Of a stretch of 64,000 nt of DNA, positions 9,981 through 19,013 are shown in pieces. How positions within the stretch are numbered: the stretch's first letter is position 1; every line of letters begins with the position of its first letter. The translations under genes and the position numbers were made by a program. The notes below the pieces were generated by a model. The model had not been told where the DNA came from and made no database searches. It saw nothing but the letters and a program-made list of their open reading frames with translations. This stretch comes from Vulcanimicrobiota bacterium (GTDB taxonomy: Bacteria > Vulcanimicrobiota > Vulcanimicrobiia > Vulcanimicrobiales > Vulcanimicrobiaceae): positions 70,980 through 134,979 of the forward strand of contig CAWBVR010000005.1 of assembly GCA_963792235.1 (NCBI GenBank). The letters are read 5' to 3'.

Positions 9981-12179
9981 ATGTACGAACCTCAGCGGTT
10001 GACGGGGACGAGCATCCCGCTCGCCATGCCGGTCACCGCAGCGCACCGCAACGTGGACGTCGATCCAATCGGGATGCTGCACGTCTTCATCGCGACGCTG
10101 CGCCGGCGGTTCCGGTTGTTCGCGCTCATCGTGCTCGGGGTGGTCGGCACGGTGGCGCTGGTGACGTTCACCACGCCGAAGTCGTACACGACCACGGTCA
10201 AGATGATCGCCGGCAATCCGAACGCGGTCGCGCAGACGCCGGGCCAGGGGCAGACGGGGATGCCGGTGCTCAACGCGCTGCTGCTCGCCAACGCTGCACA
10301 GTCCGCCGAGACGTATGCCGAATTGATCGGCGAGACGCCCGTCGTGGGACGCGTCATTACCGACCTGAACCTGAAGACGGACGTCCGCACGCTGCAGGGC
10401 GCGGTCAAGGTCAAGCCCGTCACCAACACCAACATCATCGCGCTCGAAGTCACGTGGAGCGATCCTGCGACGTCCGCGGCGATCGCCAACGATTTCGCCG
10501 ACGTGTTCACCAAACGCGAGGCGGAGCTGGTCTCGAAACAGGCCAACGGGGCGGTGGAAACGCTCGCCAAGCAGTTGCCCGAAGCGCGCCGCAAGCTGCG
10601 CAACGCCGAACAAGCGGTCAGCAAGTTCGAGATCGCGCACAACATCGCCGACCTCACGACCCAGACGACCCAAACGCTGAACGCAGCGACGGCGATCGAC
10701 GCGAAGATCGGCCAGGCCGAGCTCGACAAGCGCAACGCGGACGCACAGATCGCGTCGCTCTCCGCGTCGCTCGCCGGGATGACGCCCATGACGGGCGGCG
10801 GCGGCACGGTCGCGCAGAATCCCGTGCTTCCCACGCTGAACCAGCGGCTGGCGGAACTCCAAGTGCAGCTCGGCAGCGCACAGAAGAATTATACCGACTC
10901 GCACCCGAAGGTGATCGAGCTCAAGCAGCAGATCGCCGACGTCAAGCGGCAGATCGGGAATACGCCCGCGACGATCCGGCAGTCGTCGAACACCATCGCG
11001 AACCCGGTGTACCAGCAAACGCAGCAGGCGCTGTCGGCCAACCGCGCAGCCAGCATGAGCGCCGCGTCCCAGCTAGCGAAGCTGGAGCAGCAGCGCGCCG
11101 CGATCAACCCGAAGCTCGCCGCGCTGCCCGGTCAGGCGCAGACGCTGGCGGAACTGCGGCGCACGCTGACGATCGCCGAGAGCACCTACAACGCGCTCCA
11201 AGCGAAGTACAACGACGCCATGGTCTCGAGCACGACCGGGATCAGCGACGTCACGATCACGCAGCCCGCGTTGGCCGCCCTTGCCACGAAGGCGCCGCAC
11301 GTCGGCTTGAACATGCTGATCGCTGCAATCGTCGGCGTGCTGCTCGCACTGGGGATCGTGTTCCTCGTCGATTTCTTCGACGGGCGCATCCGCGACGAGC
11401 GCGACGTCGAGAACGATCTGCAGCTGCCGGTGCTTGCGTCGATCCCGCAACTGCCGTCGGGTGACGGCGCGGCGGCGATCCCGGCGAACGTCCGCAACGC
11501 CGCGACCGAGTCGTACTTCCAGCTCGTGCTCGCGATGCGCTACAGCTCGGACCGCCCGCTGCGCAGCGTCACGATCACCAGCCCGCTCAAGGGTGACGGC
11601 AAATCGACGGTCGCGATGAACGTCGCCGGCGCGTTCGGCGAGATCGCGGTGTCGAGCATCGAGCGGGAAGCGCGCGTGCTCGTCATCGACGCCGACATGC
11701 GGCGCCCGTCGCTGCACAAGAAGTTCGAGGTCGCCAACGAGCTGGGGCTCAGCGACATCCTGATCGGCCGTGCGTCGCTTTCGCAAGCGGTACAGCGCAC
11801 CGACCGGCCCGGCGTCGACGTGCTGACGAGCGGCACGCCTTCGCCCAACCCGATCAAGCTGCTGCAATCCAACCGGTTCGACGCACTGCTGCGCGAGGCG
11901 CGCGAGCGCTACGTCACGGTGATCGTCGACGCGCCGGCACTCGTGCCGGTGTTCGACGCGGCGATCGTGGCTGCCAAAACGGACGGTACGGTGATGATCC
12001 TCGCCGCGGCGCACACCGACACGCGCTCGACGCGCAAGGCGCTCGCGCGCTTGGAGAGCGTGGGCGTCACCGACCTCGTGGGCACGGTCGTGAACCGCTC
12101 CACCACGAAGGTCGAAGACTACAGCGACTACTTCGCAATCACCCCGCGCGAACTCAAAGAACTCCCAAACTCAGCATAA
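9981..12179 (+). CDS. Polysaccharide co-polymerase / BY-kinase (Wzc-like)
   Basis: Two TM segments flanking a coiled coil, YTDSHPKV, Walker A GDGKST, A' IDADMRRP, B VIVDAP, C-terminal DYSDY. Confidence 0.92.
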   Translation: MYEPQRLTGTSIPLAMPVTAAHRNVDVDPIGMLHVFIATLRRRFRLFALIVLGVVGTVALVTFTTPKSYTTTVKMIAGNPNAVAQTPGQGQTGMPVLNALLLANAAQSAETYAELIGETPVVGRVITDLNLKTDVRTLQGAVKVKPVTNTNIIALEVTWSDPATSAAIANDFADVFTKREAELVSKQANGAVETLAKQLPEARRKLRNAEQAVSKFEIAHNIADLTTQTTQTLNAATAIDAKIGQAELDKRNADAQIASLSASLAGMTPMTGGGGTVAQNPVLPTLNQRLAELQVQLGSAQKNYTDSHPKVIELKQQIADVKRQIGNTPATIRQSSNTIANPVYQQTQQALSANRAASMSAASQLAKLEQQRAAINPKLAALPGQAQTLAELRRTLTIAESTYNALQAKYNDAMVSSTTGISDVTITQPALAALATKAPHVGLNMLIAAIVGVLLALGIVFLVDFFDGRIRDERDVENDLQLPVLASIPQLPSGDGAAAIPANVRNAATESYFQLVLAMRYSSDRPLRSVTITSPLKGDGKSTVAMNVAGAFGEIAVSSIEREARVLVIDADMRRPSLHKKFEVANELGLSDILIGRASLSQAVQRTDRPGVDVLTSGTPSPNPIKLLQSNRFDALLREARERYVTVIVDAPALVPVFDAAIVAAKTDGTVMILAAAHTDTRSTRKALARLESVGVTDLVGTVVNRSTTKVEDYSDYFAITPRELKELPNSA

Positions 12180-12235
12180 CGAAGGTCGCGGCGTCGCGAT
12201 CACGTCGCGGCGTGCCGAATACGTCGCGGAAAGGC

Positions 12236-12258
12236 TGACCCGCGTCGAACGCGGGTCA
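12236..12258. terminator. Hairpin between convergent wzc and LuxR genes
   Basis: TGACCCGCG-TCGAA-CGCGGGTCA perfect inverted repeat; no U-tract. Confidence 0.5.
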
Positions 12259-12290
12259 TGCCGGGGATTCGGTAAGCGAAGCGAGCCGAA

Positions 12291-13274
12291 TCACGCGCCG
12301 CGCCAGCCCAGCGCTTTTGCGGCGAGTTCGACGCGGTTGCGGGCACGGGTCTTTAGCATCATGCGCTTGATGTGGTCGTGGGCCGTCGACTCTGCGATGT
12401 CGAGGGCTGTCGCGATCTGCGGCGTGCCGAAGCCTTTGAGCACGAGCGAGAGCACCTCGAGCTCGCGCGAGCTCATTCCGTATTTGTCCGCGGCCAAGCG
12501 CAGCGGGTTGCGCGAGCGGAATCGCTCGACCAGCACGCCGATCTTCGGCCCAGCCGCGCCGTTCAGCGGCGACACGCTCACGACCATGAACGGGAGCGGC
12601 ACCACCGTCGCGGCCTCCCAGGTGGCCGGGTCGTCCGTCCATGTTGCGGTGACGGTGCGCACGGCCTGTTCCACGACCGGCGGTAAGCCCTGGTCGGCGA
12701 GTTCCAGGATGGCTTGCAGCACGTCGGTGGGATCGTCGTCGGGGATCCACTTCGATTCGACCACGTAGTCGCGCGACAGCACGAACTGCGCCGGCGAGGC
12801 CCGCTCGGCGGTCCGTTCTTGCGCGCTCTGCTCGCCTTCGAACGTCGAAAGGCGGCGCATCAGCTCCGAACCCGAGCGCAGCGTGCCTTCCAGCTCGCGG
12901 CGCTCGTCGGGTGAGAAGGCGCGCGGGCGCGCGACGATCGCCAAGCCGAAGATCGTGCGGTCGACCCCGTAGACGGCCACGAGGCCGCGCATCCCGTCGA
13001 GTGCGATCATCGCGTCGGTGACCCGCGGGATGGACGCCTCTGAGCGGGACTGCAGCATCCGCTCCGCCTGGAGCCACTCCGTCTGGCGCGCCGGGTTGCC
13101 GGTCTCCTCGGCCACCACGACCTCGCTCTGCATCCCGTTCTGGTCGTAGCGCGAGAAGATGACGTACGTCGCCTTCACCAGGGACCGCAGCTCACCCACG
13201 AAGGCCCGCGTCCGGTCCGCTTCGGGGACGGCGGTGATGAGGGCTGCGGCAGGCGAGGTTCGTCGAGTGCGCAC
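12291..13274 (-). CDS. LuxR-family HTH regulator with uncharacterised (GAF-like) N-terminal domain
   Basis: MSSRELEVLSLVLKGFGTPQIATALDIAESTAHDHIKRMMLK...NRVEL. Confidence 0.85.
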   Translation of the reverse strand: MRTRRTSPAAALITAVPEADRTRAFVGELRSLVKATYVIFSRYDQNGMQSEVVVAEETGNPARQTEWLQAERMLQSRSEASIPRVTDAMIALDGMRGLVAVYGVDRTIFGLAIVARPRAFSPDERRELEGTLRSGSELMRRLSTFEGEQSAQERTAERASPAQFVLSRDYVVESKWIPDDDPTDVLQAILELADQGLPPVVEQAVRTVTATWTDDPATWEAATVVPLPFMVVSVSPLNGAAGPKIGVLVERFRSRNPLRLAADKYGMSSRELEVLSLVLKGFGTPQIATALDIAESTAHDHIKRMMLKTRARNRVELAAKALGWRGA

Positions 13275-13376
13275 GTTCTTGTATACCTCGCCCGCCGAAC
13301 CTCAGTCGCCGCCGGGCTACGGGCATCGGGGTCCCATGGCGCCCCAGCCTCCGAAAGGAGGGTCTTGGCGCAAGAA

Positions 13377-13391
13377 CCCCCATATTGGGGG
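13377..13391. promoter_or_regulatory. Palindromic operator candidate in divergent promoter region
   Basis: CCCCCA-TAT-TGGGGG between two divergent LuxR-family genes. Confidence 0.4.
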
Positions 13392-13475
13392 AGTCTATTG
13401 GACTGAGCGTTCGCGCATACTGTAGGTGACCCGGCTAGGCTCAATGGCCCACCCCAAAGGACTGAGGACATCACG

Positions 13476-14141
13476 ATGCTCGCCACCCAGATCACCCCGA
13501 CCGCCGCCTCGACCAAGCCCGTTCGCGTTCTCGTGATCGAAGGGCAGGCGCTCTTCGGCAAGGCGTTGTGCCAGGTTCTGGCGGCGGACGCCGAGATCGA
13601 CGTGGTCGGCGATGCCGACTCGGTCGCCAACGCGCAGCTGCGCCGCACGCGCCCGGACCTCATCGTGCTCGACCTCGACGGCCACCATGTCGAGTTTGCC
13701 GAGGCGATGCGCACGATCCGGGAGCTCGCGCCGCAGGCGAAGGTCTGCGTCCTCTCCACGCACGTCCAGCCCGAAGTGATGCAGCGCTGCCTCAGCGCGG
13801 GCGCCGACGGCTACGTCGTCAAGGACATTCTCCCCGCCGAGCTGATCCGCGCGGTGAAGAGCGTGGCCAGCGGCCACGCGTATGTCGACCCGCGCGTGGC
13901 GGGCGGTGTGCTCAAGCGCCGGTCCAACGGCTTCGGCCGCACGGCCCAAAACGAGCTGTCAGTGCGCGAGACGGAGATCATCAGGCTCATCGCGCGCGGC
14001 ATGTCCAACAAAGAGATCAGTGCCAAGCTGCACCTCTCCGAGAAAACCGTGAAGAACCACATCAGCCGGATCTTCGCCAAGCTCAACATCACGGCGCGCA
14101 CGCAGGCCGCCGTGCATGCCATCAAGACCGGTTTGGCATAG
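13476..14141 (+). CDS. NarL/FixJ-family response regulator
   Basis: Receiver (LIVLDLDG, GADGYVVK) plus LSVRETEII...GMSNKEIS..LHLSEKTVKNH. Confidence 0.93.
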   Translation: MLATQITPTAASTKPVRVLVIEGQALFGKALCQVLAADAEIDVVGDADSVANAQLRRTRPDLIVLDLDGHHVEFAEAMRTIRELAPQAKVCVLSTHVQPEVMQRCLSAGADGYVVKDILPAELIRAVKSVASGHAYVDPRVAGGVLKRRSNGFGRTAQNELSVRETEIIRLIARGMSNKEISAKLHLSEKTVKNHISRIFAKLNITARTQAAVHAIKTGLA

Positions 14142-14189
14142 GACCCAAGGCCTCGTTAGACGGGACACACTGCGCGGTATCGACCATGT

Positions 14190-14567
14190 GTGGACTCGTA
14201 TGTTGTGGAGCCCCAGTCTCTTTTCGTCCCCTACCTGAGCGACGTGCTGGCGGGGGCAGAGCTGCGGGTGGTCCGCGTGGCGACCACGCTCGACGTTGAG
14301 GACATCCGCGCCAGCCACCCCGAGGCGCTCTTCGTCGACACCGATTTCCTGGACGTCGACCCCGCCGACGCCGTGACCGCGATGCGCGAAGCCCTGCCGC
14401 GCGCGTTCATCTGCGCGTACACGGACGGCGAAGGCGCGCGCGCCGACCGCCTGCGTTTCGCCGGCGCGAACTGCGTGCTCTCCAAACGCTCCGGCGCAGG
14501 CGAAATCACCGACGTCCTGCGAACCGCCCGCAAACGCGGCACGTTCACCGACCCGCGCTGCAACTGA
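14190..14567 (+). CDS. Stand-alone atypical receiver-domain protein
   Basis: Parallels the receiver of the upstream regulator (VVEPQSLF vs IEGQALF; LFVDTD; GANCVLSK; FTDPR vs YVDPR) but has no HTH. Confidence 0.7.
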   Translation: MDSYVVEPQSLFVPYLSDVLAGAELRVVRVATTLDVEDIRASHPEALFVDTDFLDVDPADAVTAMREALPRAFICAYTDGEGARADRLRFAGANCVLSKRSGAGEITDVLRTARKRGTFTDPRCN

Positions 14568-14589
14568 TCTCCGCCGAAGCCGAAGCGCG

Positions 14590-15738
14590 CTAGGAGCCGC
14601 CCAGCTTCGCGTCGAGAAAGCGCAGCGCCGCGTCGTACGCGAGCGCAGCGCCGATGCCGTCGACCTCGTCGAAGGCGTGGTTGGCCCACGGCAGCTCGAT
14701 CGCGATCACCGGCACGCCCAGTGCGTGCAGCCGCGCGGCGAACGTGCGCTGAAACTGGATGAGCACCAGCTGATCGCGGTCGCCGCAGATCAGCAGCGCC
14801 GGCGGCATCCCGCGGTGCGCGCCGTCCAGCGGCGACGCAGCCCGGTACGCGCTGGCGTGCGCCGGATCGGGCGGCCCGCCGAGATAGGTTTCGAGGATGC
14901 TGCGCACGCCGGCGGGATCGGGCCGCGGCGGATCCTTCCAGCCCCCGGTGAGATCGACCGGAGCATAGTACGCGACGACGGCGGCAACGCGCAGCGGCTG
15001 CGGTCGCTCCGCCGCGAGCAGCGCGAGTTCCGCGCCCGCGCTGCGCCCGAGCAGCGCGACGCGCTGCGGATCGAGATGCCATTCGCCCGCGTGCGCGGCG
15101 ATCGCGCGCAGCGCGTCCTCGACGTCGTCGCGCTGCACCGGAAAACGGAAGCGCGGCGCGTGCCGGTAGTCGACGACCGCAACCGCGTAGCCGCGCTGCG
15201 CATACCGCTGCGCGAGCGGCGCCAGCGCACGGCGCGAGCCGAACTGCCACGAGCCGCCGTAGATCGCAACGAGGAGCGGCAAGGCCGCGGTGCCATGCGG
15301 ATACCCGCCGTCGGGCGCGGTCCCGACGATGCGCGGACGGTAGAGGTCGAGCGCGAGCGACGACCCGTCGCGCAACCGAACCGGAACGTCGCGAAGCGCC
15401 TCGACATTGAACGAACGCGCCGGCGTCGCCGGAATACGGGCCTCGCTCAGCGCGCGCTGTTCAGCCTGCCACGCAAACGGTGCAGCGAACGTGGGCCATG
15501 CGACGCACGCGGCCGCAATTGCCGTAAGGGCGACGGCGAAGGCACGCGCACGCCCACGCGCGAGCAGCCACACGAGCACGCCCAGCCCAACCGCAAACGC
15601 GAGCACCCGCGGCGCCCATTCCGGGATCGCCACGGCGAGCGGCAGCGTGGCATAGTTCGGCGCCGGAACGACGGCCCAGCACGCGATCGCGAGCATGAGC
15701 GCGGCGAGCACGATTGCCGCGATCGACCGCACCATCAC
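14590..15738 (-). CDS. Membrane-anchored alpha/beta hydrolase (HSL-like esterase)
   Basis: LDLYRP, YGGSW, VDYRHAP, GRSAG nucleophile elbow, GDRDQLV, ANHAFD. Confidence 0.88.
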   Translation of the reverse strand: MMVRSIAAIVLAALMLAIACWAVVPAPNYATLPLAVAIPEWAPRVLAFAVGLGVLVWLLARGRARAFAVALTAIAAACVAWPTFAAPFAWQAEQRALSEARIPATPARSFNVEALRDVPVRLRDGSSLALDLYRPRIVGTAPDGGYPHGTAALPLLVAIYGGSWQFGSRRALAPLAQRYAQRGYAVAVVDYRHAPRFRFPVQRDDVEDALRAIAAHAGEWHLDPQRVALLGRSAGAELALLAAERPQPLRVAAVVAYYAPVDLTGGWKDPPRPDPAGVRSILETYLGGPPDPAHASAYRAASPLDGAHRGMPPALLICGDRDQLVLIQFQRTFAARLHALGVPVIAIELPWANHAFDEVDGIGAALAYDAALRFLDAKLGGS

Positions 15739-16418
15739 CGCGAGAGCTCGCGCACCGCGCCCGCGACGGCCTCGACATCATAGTTCGCGCCGAGCGGTGC
15801 GCCGAAACGCGCGGTGATGCGCCAGCGCGCGCCGCGCGGCTCGTAGCGAAAGCCGACGGGGACGATCGCAACGTCGTGCGTGCCGGCGCGCCGCGCGGCA
15901 TCCGCGATGGAGCGAAAACCCGTCGCAAACGGCAGCAACCCGTCGGCATCACGCGCGCGTGGCGTCGCGTCGGACGCAGTCGGATCGACGACAGGATACC
16001 CTTCGGGAAATACGAGCACGACGTGCCCGTCACGCAGCAGCGAGACGGCAGCCCGCAAACCGGACCGCAGATACGCCCGAACCTCGCTCGCCGCATAGCC
16101 GCCATGCGCGCCGGTCGTCGCGGGCCGCAGGATCACGGGATACTGCGCCCACGCGCACGCGCGCTCCATCCAGCGCCGCTGCCGCGCGTTCGCCGTCCAG
16201 TCGAGGCCCACGACGATGTGCACGGGTCGGGCGAGGTGCCGCACGAGCACCGCGCCGTCGAGCAGATGATGGAAGTGCCGCGCGACGAGCAGCACGGGTC
16301 CGGTGCGAGGCACGCGCTCGAGGCCTTCGACGACGACGCCGTCGGTCATGGTGTGCAGCGACCACCACGCGATCGCGCGCGGACCCACCATCCCGGCGGG
16401 CGGATAGGCGCCGCTCAC
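15735..16418 (-). CDS. Lysophospholipid acyltransferase family protein (CruD-like carotenoid acyltransferase candidate)
   Basis: VEGLERVP..GPVLLVARHFHHLLDG, VFPEG, IVPVG; GTGA overlap with cruF. Confidence 0.8.
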   Translation of the reverse strand: MSGAYPPAGMVGPRAIAWWSLHTMTDGVVVEGLERVPRTGPVLLVARHFHHLLDGAVLVRHLARPVHIVVGLDWTANARQRRWMERACAWAQYPVILRPATTGAHGGYAASEVRAYLRSGLRAAVSLLRDGHVVLVFPEGYPVVDPTASDATPRARDADGLLPFATGFRSIADAARRAGTHDVAIVPVGFRYEPRGARWRITARFGAPLGANYDVEAVAGAVRELSR

Positions 16419-17251
16419 GCGTACGCCGGCACGCTCCGCGCGCGCCGCAGCGCGAGCGCTGCAGGCAGCAGCGCGAGCACGACCGCGGCGATCGCCGTCG
16501 GCCACATCCCGGCCGAAACGCTGAGCACCATCGACCACCCGACGTTGACGGCATACACCACGAACGGCAACGTGACCGGCGCGAGCGGTGCAACGCGCTC
16601 GCGCCACGCAAGCCGCCCCACCGCGACGAAAAGCAACCCGGTTCCAAACCAGCCCGCGAGATTGCGCAGCGGCATCCCGAAGTACGGCCCGCTTTCGTGC
16701 CAGATCCAAAAGTGGATGTACTGCATCTGAGGCGCAGCCATCGAAGGATCGAGCACGAGATCCCACGCGGTCAGCAGCCACGTCCCCAGCACGATGGACC
16801 ACAGCGTACGATTCGCCCACCCGCGCCGCGAAACGATCGTGTCGGCCAGCACGAACGATGCAAAGCCCATATAGAACCACGAAAGCGGCACCGCCACCGG
16901 GACCCGCCCGAGCAGCTTCGGCCCGAGAAAGCTCGTGTACTCATAACCGCCAAACGGCCACCCGGTCTTCGTACCGGTGAGCTCCGCCGTCGCCGAGATC
17001 ACCGTCGCAGCAACAAAGAAGACCACCGCCCGCCGCACCCCGAGCGCAGCGACACCGAATGCGAGCATCGCAATCGCTCCGAGAAACATCGCGGCGCCGC
17101 CCGTTTTGTCGACGGCGAACGCAAAGAACGCCGCCGCGTCCGGTTTCCCGGCCCACAGCTCCGGATGCGGGATGGCGATGAGAATCCCGAACAGCCCGAG
17201 CACGAGCGCAAGCACGTGCAGCGCGGTAAACCCCCAAGCAACGCGGCTCAT
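16415..17251 (-). CDS. cruF: Carotenoid 1,2-hydratase / gamma-carotene 1'-hydroxylase
   Basis: ELTGTKTGWPFGGYEY, VPLSWFYMG, TAWDLVLDPSM, GMPLRNLAGW. Confidence 0.85.
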   Translation of the reverse strand: MSRVAWGFTALHVLALVLGLFGILIAIPHPELWAGKPDAAAFFAFAVDKTGGAAMFLGAIAMLAFGVAALGVRRAVVFFVAATVISATAELTGTKTGWPFGGYEYTSFLGPKLLGRVPVAVPLSWFYMGFASFVLADTIVSRRGWANRTLWSIVLGTWLLTAWDLVLDPSMAAPQMQYIHFWIWHESGPYFGMPLRNLAGWFGTGLLFVAVGRLAWRERVAPLAPVTLPFVVYAVNVGWSMVLSVSAGMWPTAIAAVVLALLPAALALRRARSVPAYA

Positions 17252-18387
17252 GCGGCCTTCTCCGCGACGAGCACCCGCCCGCGCCACACGTGCGTGCGCA
17301 GCAACGCGCTACGAACGAGCAGCAGAACCGCAGCCAGATCGGCAAGCGGCGAGAGCCAGTACGCAAACGGCGGCCGCACATACGCTCGCCGCGTCCCGGC
17401 GAGCACACCAAGCCGCATCATGACGAGCGCGAACACGATCCCGGTAGCGACCGGAGCGAACGGAACGCGCTCCCCGAGCACGAGCAACGCGATCAGCGTG
17501 GGCAGCGGCAACGCCTGCGCGAAGAACAGCTCCGCGAGCGCACGTGCAAGCCGCGCGGGCGTGACGAAGCGATCGCGCAAGGTCAGCGAGCGCGGCCAGT
17601 TCGCCGCGCAGTCGCGCCATGAGTCGTGCATGCGCACCACCGCGTCGCCTTCGAAGAATCCCACGTGCTCCCCGTTGGACGCCAGCACCCGCGCGATCGT
17701 CACGTCCTCGCAACGCGAAGCCCGCGCCGACGCAAAGACATCACACCGCACGAGCGCATCGCGCCGGCCAACGAAAACCTGCCCATTTGCCTGGACGCGC
17801 GTGGGATCGGACGTCGCAACGTTGGGCAGCCCGGCCCGATAGACCAGCGTGCTCAGAAACGCCGGATGCAGCAGCGCCGCCCCGGCGTCGGCGAGCTCCT
17901 GGCGCGTGGCGACGCTGAGCGCGGCGAGCCGGGCGCTCTTCGCGCGAGCCACCGCATCACCCAGCAGCGCCGGCCCGATGCGAACGTCCGCATCCACGGT
18001 GGCGACCCAGGGCGCGATGGTGGCCCGAAGCCCGGTGTCGAGATTCCACGCTTTGCCGTTCCAGCCGGCCGGGGTGGGCGATGCATCGACGAAGCGCACC
18101 CGCGGATCGCTCGCCGCCGCCGCTGCAACCACGGCCTGCGTGCGGTCGGTCGAGCCGCCGTCGACGACGAGGATTTCGCCGACCTCCGGCCCGCACCGCG
18201 CGAGCGCGTCGAGCGTGGCCCCGAGGCGAGCCTCTTCGTTCAATACCGGCACGATCACCGCGAGCGATCCCGGCGGCTGCGGTGCCGCGGCCGTGATCGG
18301 CGTCCCGCCCGCAGTCGCGAGCATGCGCACCATCGCGCGGAGGCCTGCGATCGCTTCGAGCACCACCGCTGCGAGAACGAGCATCAT
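17248..18387 (-). CDS. cruG: Carotenoid glycosyltransferase (GT2, CruG-like)
   Basis: VPVLNE, VDGGSTD, GWNGKAW, DAD, ANGQ, CEDVTIAR, VGFFEG, WPRSL; adjacent to cruF. Confidence 0.78.
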   Translation of the reverse strand: MMLVLAAVVLEAIAGLRAMVRMLATAGGTPITAAAPQPPGSLAVIVPVLNEEARLGATLDALARCGPEVGEILVVDGGSTDRTQAVVAAAAASDPRVRFVDASPTPAGWNGKAWNLDTGLRATIAPWVATVDADVRIGPALLGDAVARAKSARLAALSVATRQELADAGAALLHPAFLSTLVYRAGLPNVATSDPTRVQANGQVFVGRRDALVRCDVFASARASRCEDVTIARVLASNGEHVGFFEGDAVVRMHDSWRDCAANWPRSLTLRDRFVTPARLARALAELFFAQALPLPTLIALLVLGERVPFAPVATGIVFALVMMRLGVLAGTRRAYVRPPFAYWLSPLADLAAVLLLVRSALLRTHVWRGRVLVAEKAA

Positions 18388-18477
18388 GCAGTTCCCTTCG
18401 ACGAGGCCAGACGGACATCAGGTCCCGATCCATGACGGCATGGAAAGGGCCTGTAATCAGTACAGCAGCCCAGCGCG

Positions 18478-18885
18478 CTACTGCAGCATCCAAGCCTCAG
18501 GCCCCGGCCGCCGCCGCCCCCCCACATAGAGATAGCGCCCCGAGCCGATGGCCCGAGGTGGCGCGGTGAACAGCGCATCGTCACGCTCGAGCTCGAAGAC
18601 GATGTCGCCGCCCGAGGAAAACCGCAACCGGTGCCCCTTGACCGCAAGCAGCACCTCGCGGTGCGTGGCGTCCTCGAGGTGCAACTGCGTGAGCTGCACG
18701 GACGCGAAGCCGCCGTGCTGCTGCGGCGGCACAAGGGCCCAGCCTTGAAGCGACGAGAGGCTGAAGTACGAGCGGAGGACGCCGGCGATACGGATCTCGC
18801 TGCCGGCCGAAGCGATGCCGACGGTCAGAACGCACGGCTTTTCGGCCCATTCGAAAAGGAGCCGGTGGAAGACGCCGAGTCGCAA
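18478..18885 (-). CDS. Hypothetical protein
   Basis: Fills the gap between cruG and recQ; TTG start after a GAGGG SD-like sequence; no recognised motif. Confidence 0.45.
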   Translation of the reverse strand: MRLGVFHRLLFEWAEKPCVLTVGIASAGSEIRIAGVLRSYFSLSSLQGWALVPPQQHGGFASVQLTQLHLEDATHREVLLAVKGHRLRFSSGGDIVFELERDDALFTAPPRAIGSGRYLYVGGRRRPGPEAWMLQ

Positions 18886-19013
18886 AACAGCACCCTCTCT
18901 TTTTGCGACGTGAGGGGAATTGGCCAGTCTACGGGGGACGGTGCCCCCAAGTCCTTGTGGACAAGTTATGGCCGCACTTGTCGAACGGTCGCAACTGCGC
19001 AGACGGCGAAGCG

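Noticed and set aside
12181-12230. Three GTCGCGG direct repeats after wzc
   Set aside because: Short, GC-only and irregularly spaced; compatible with chance
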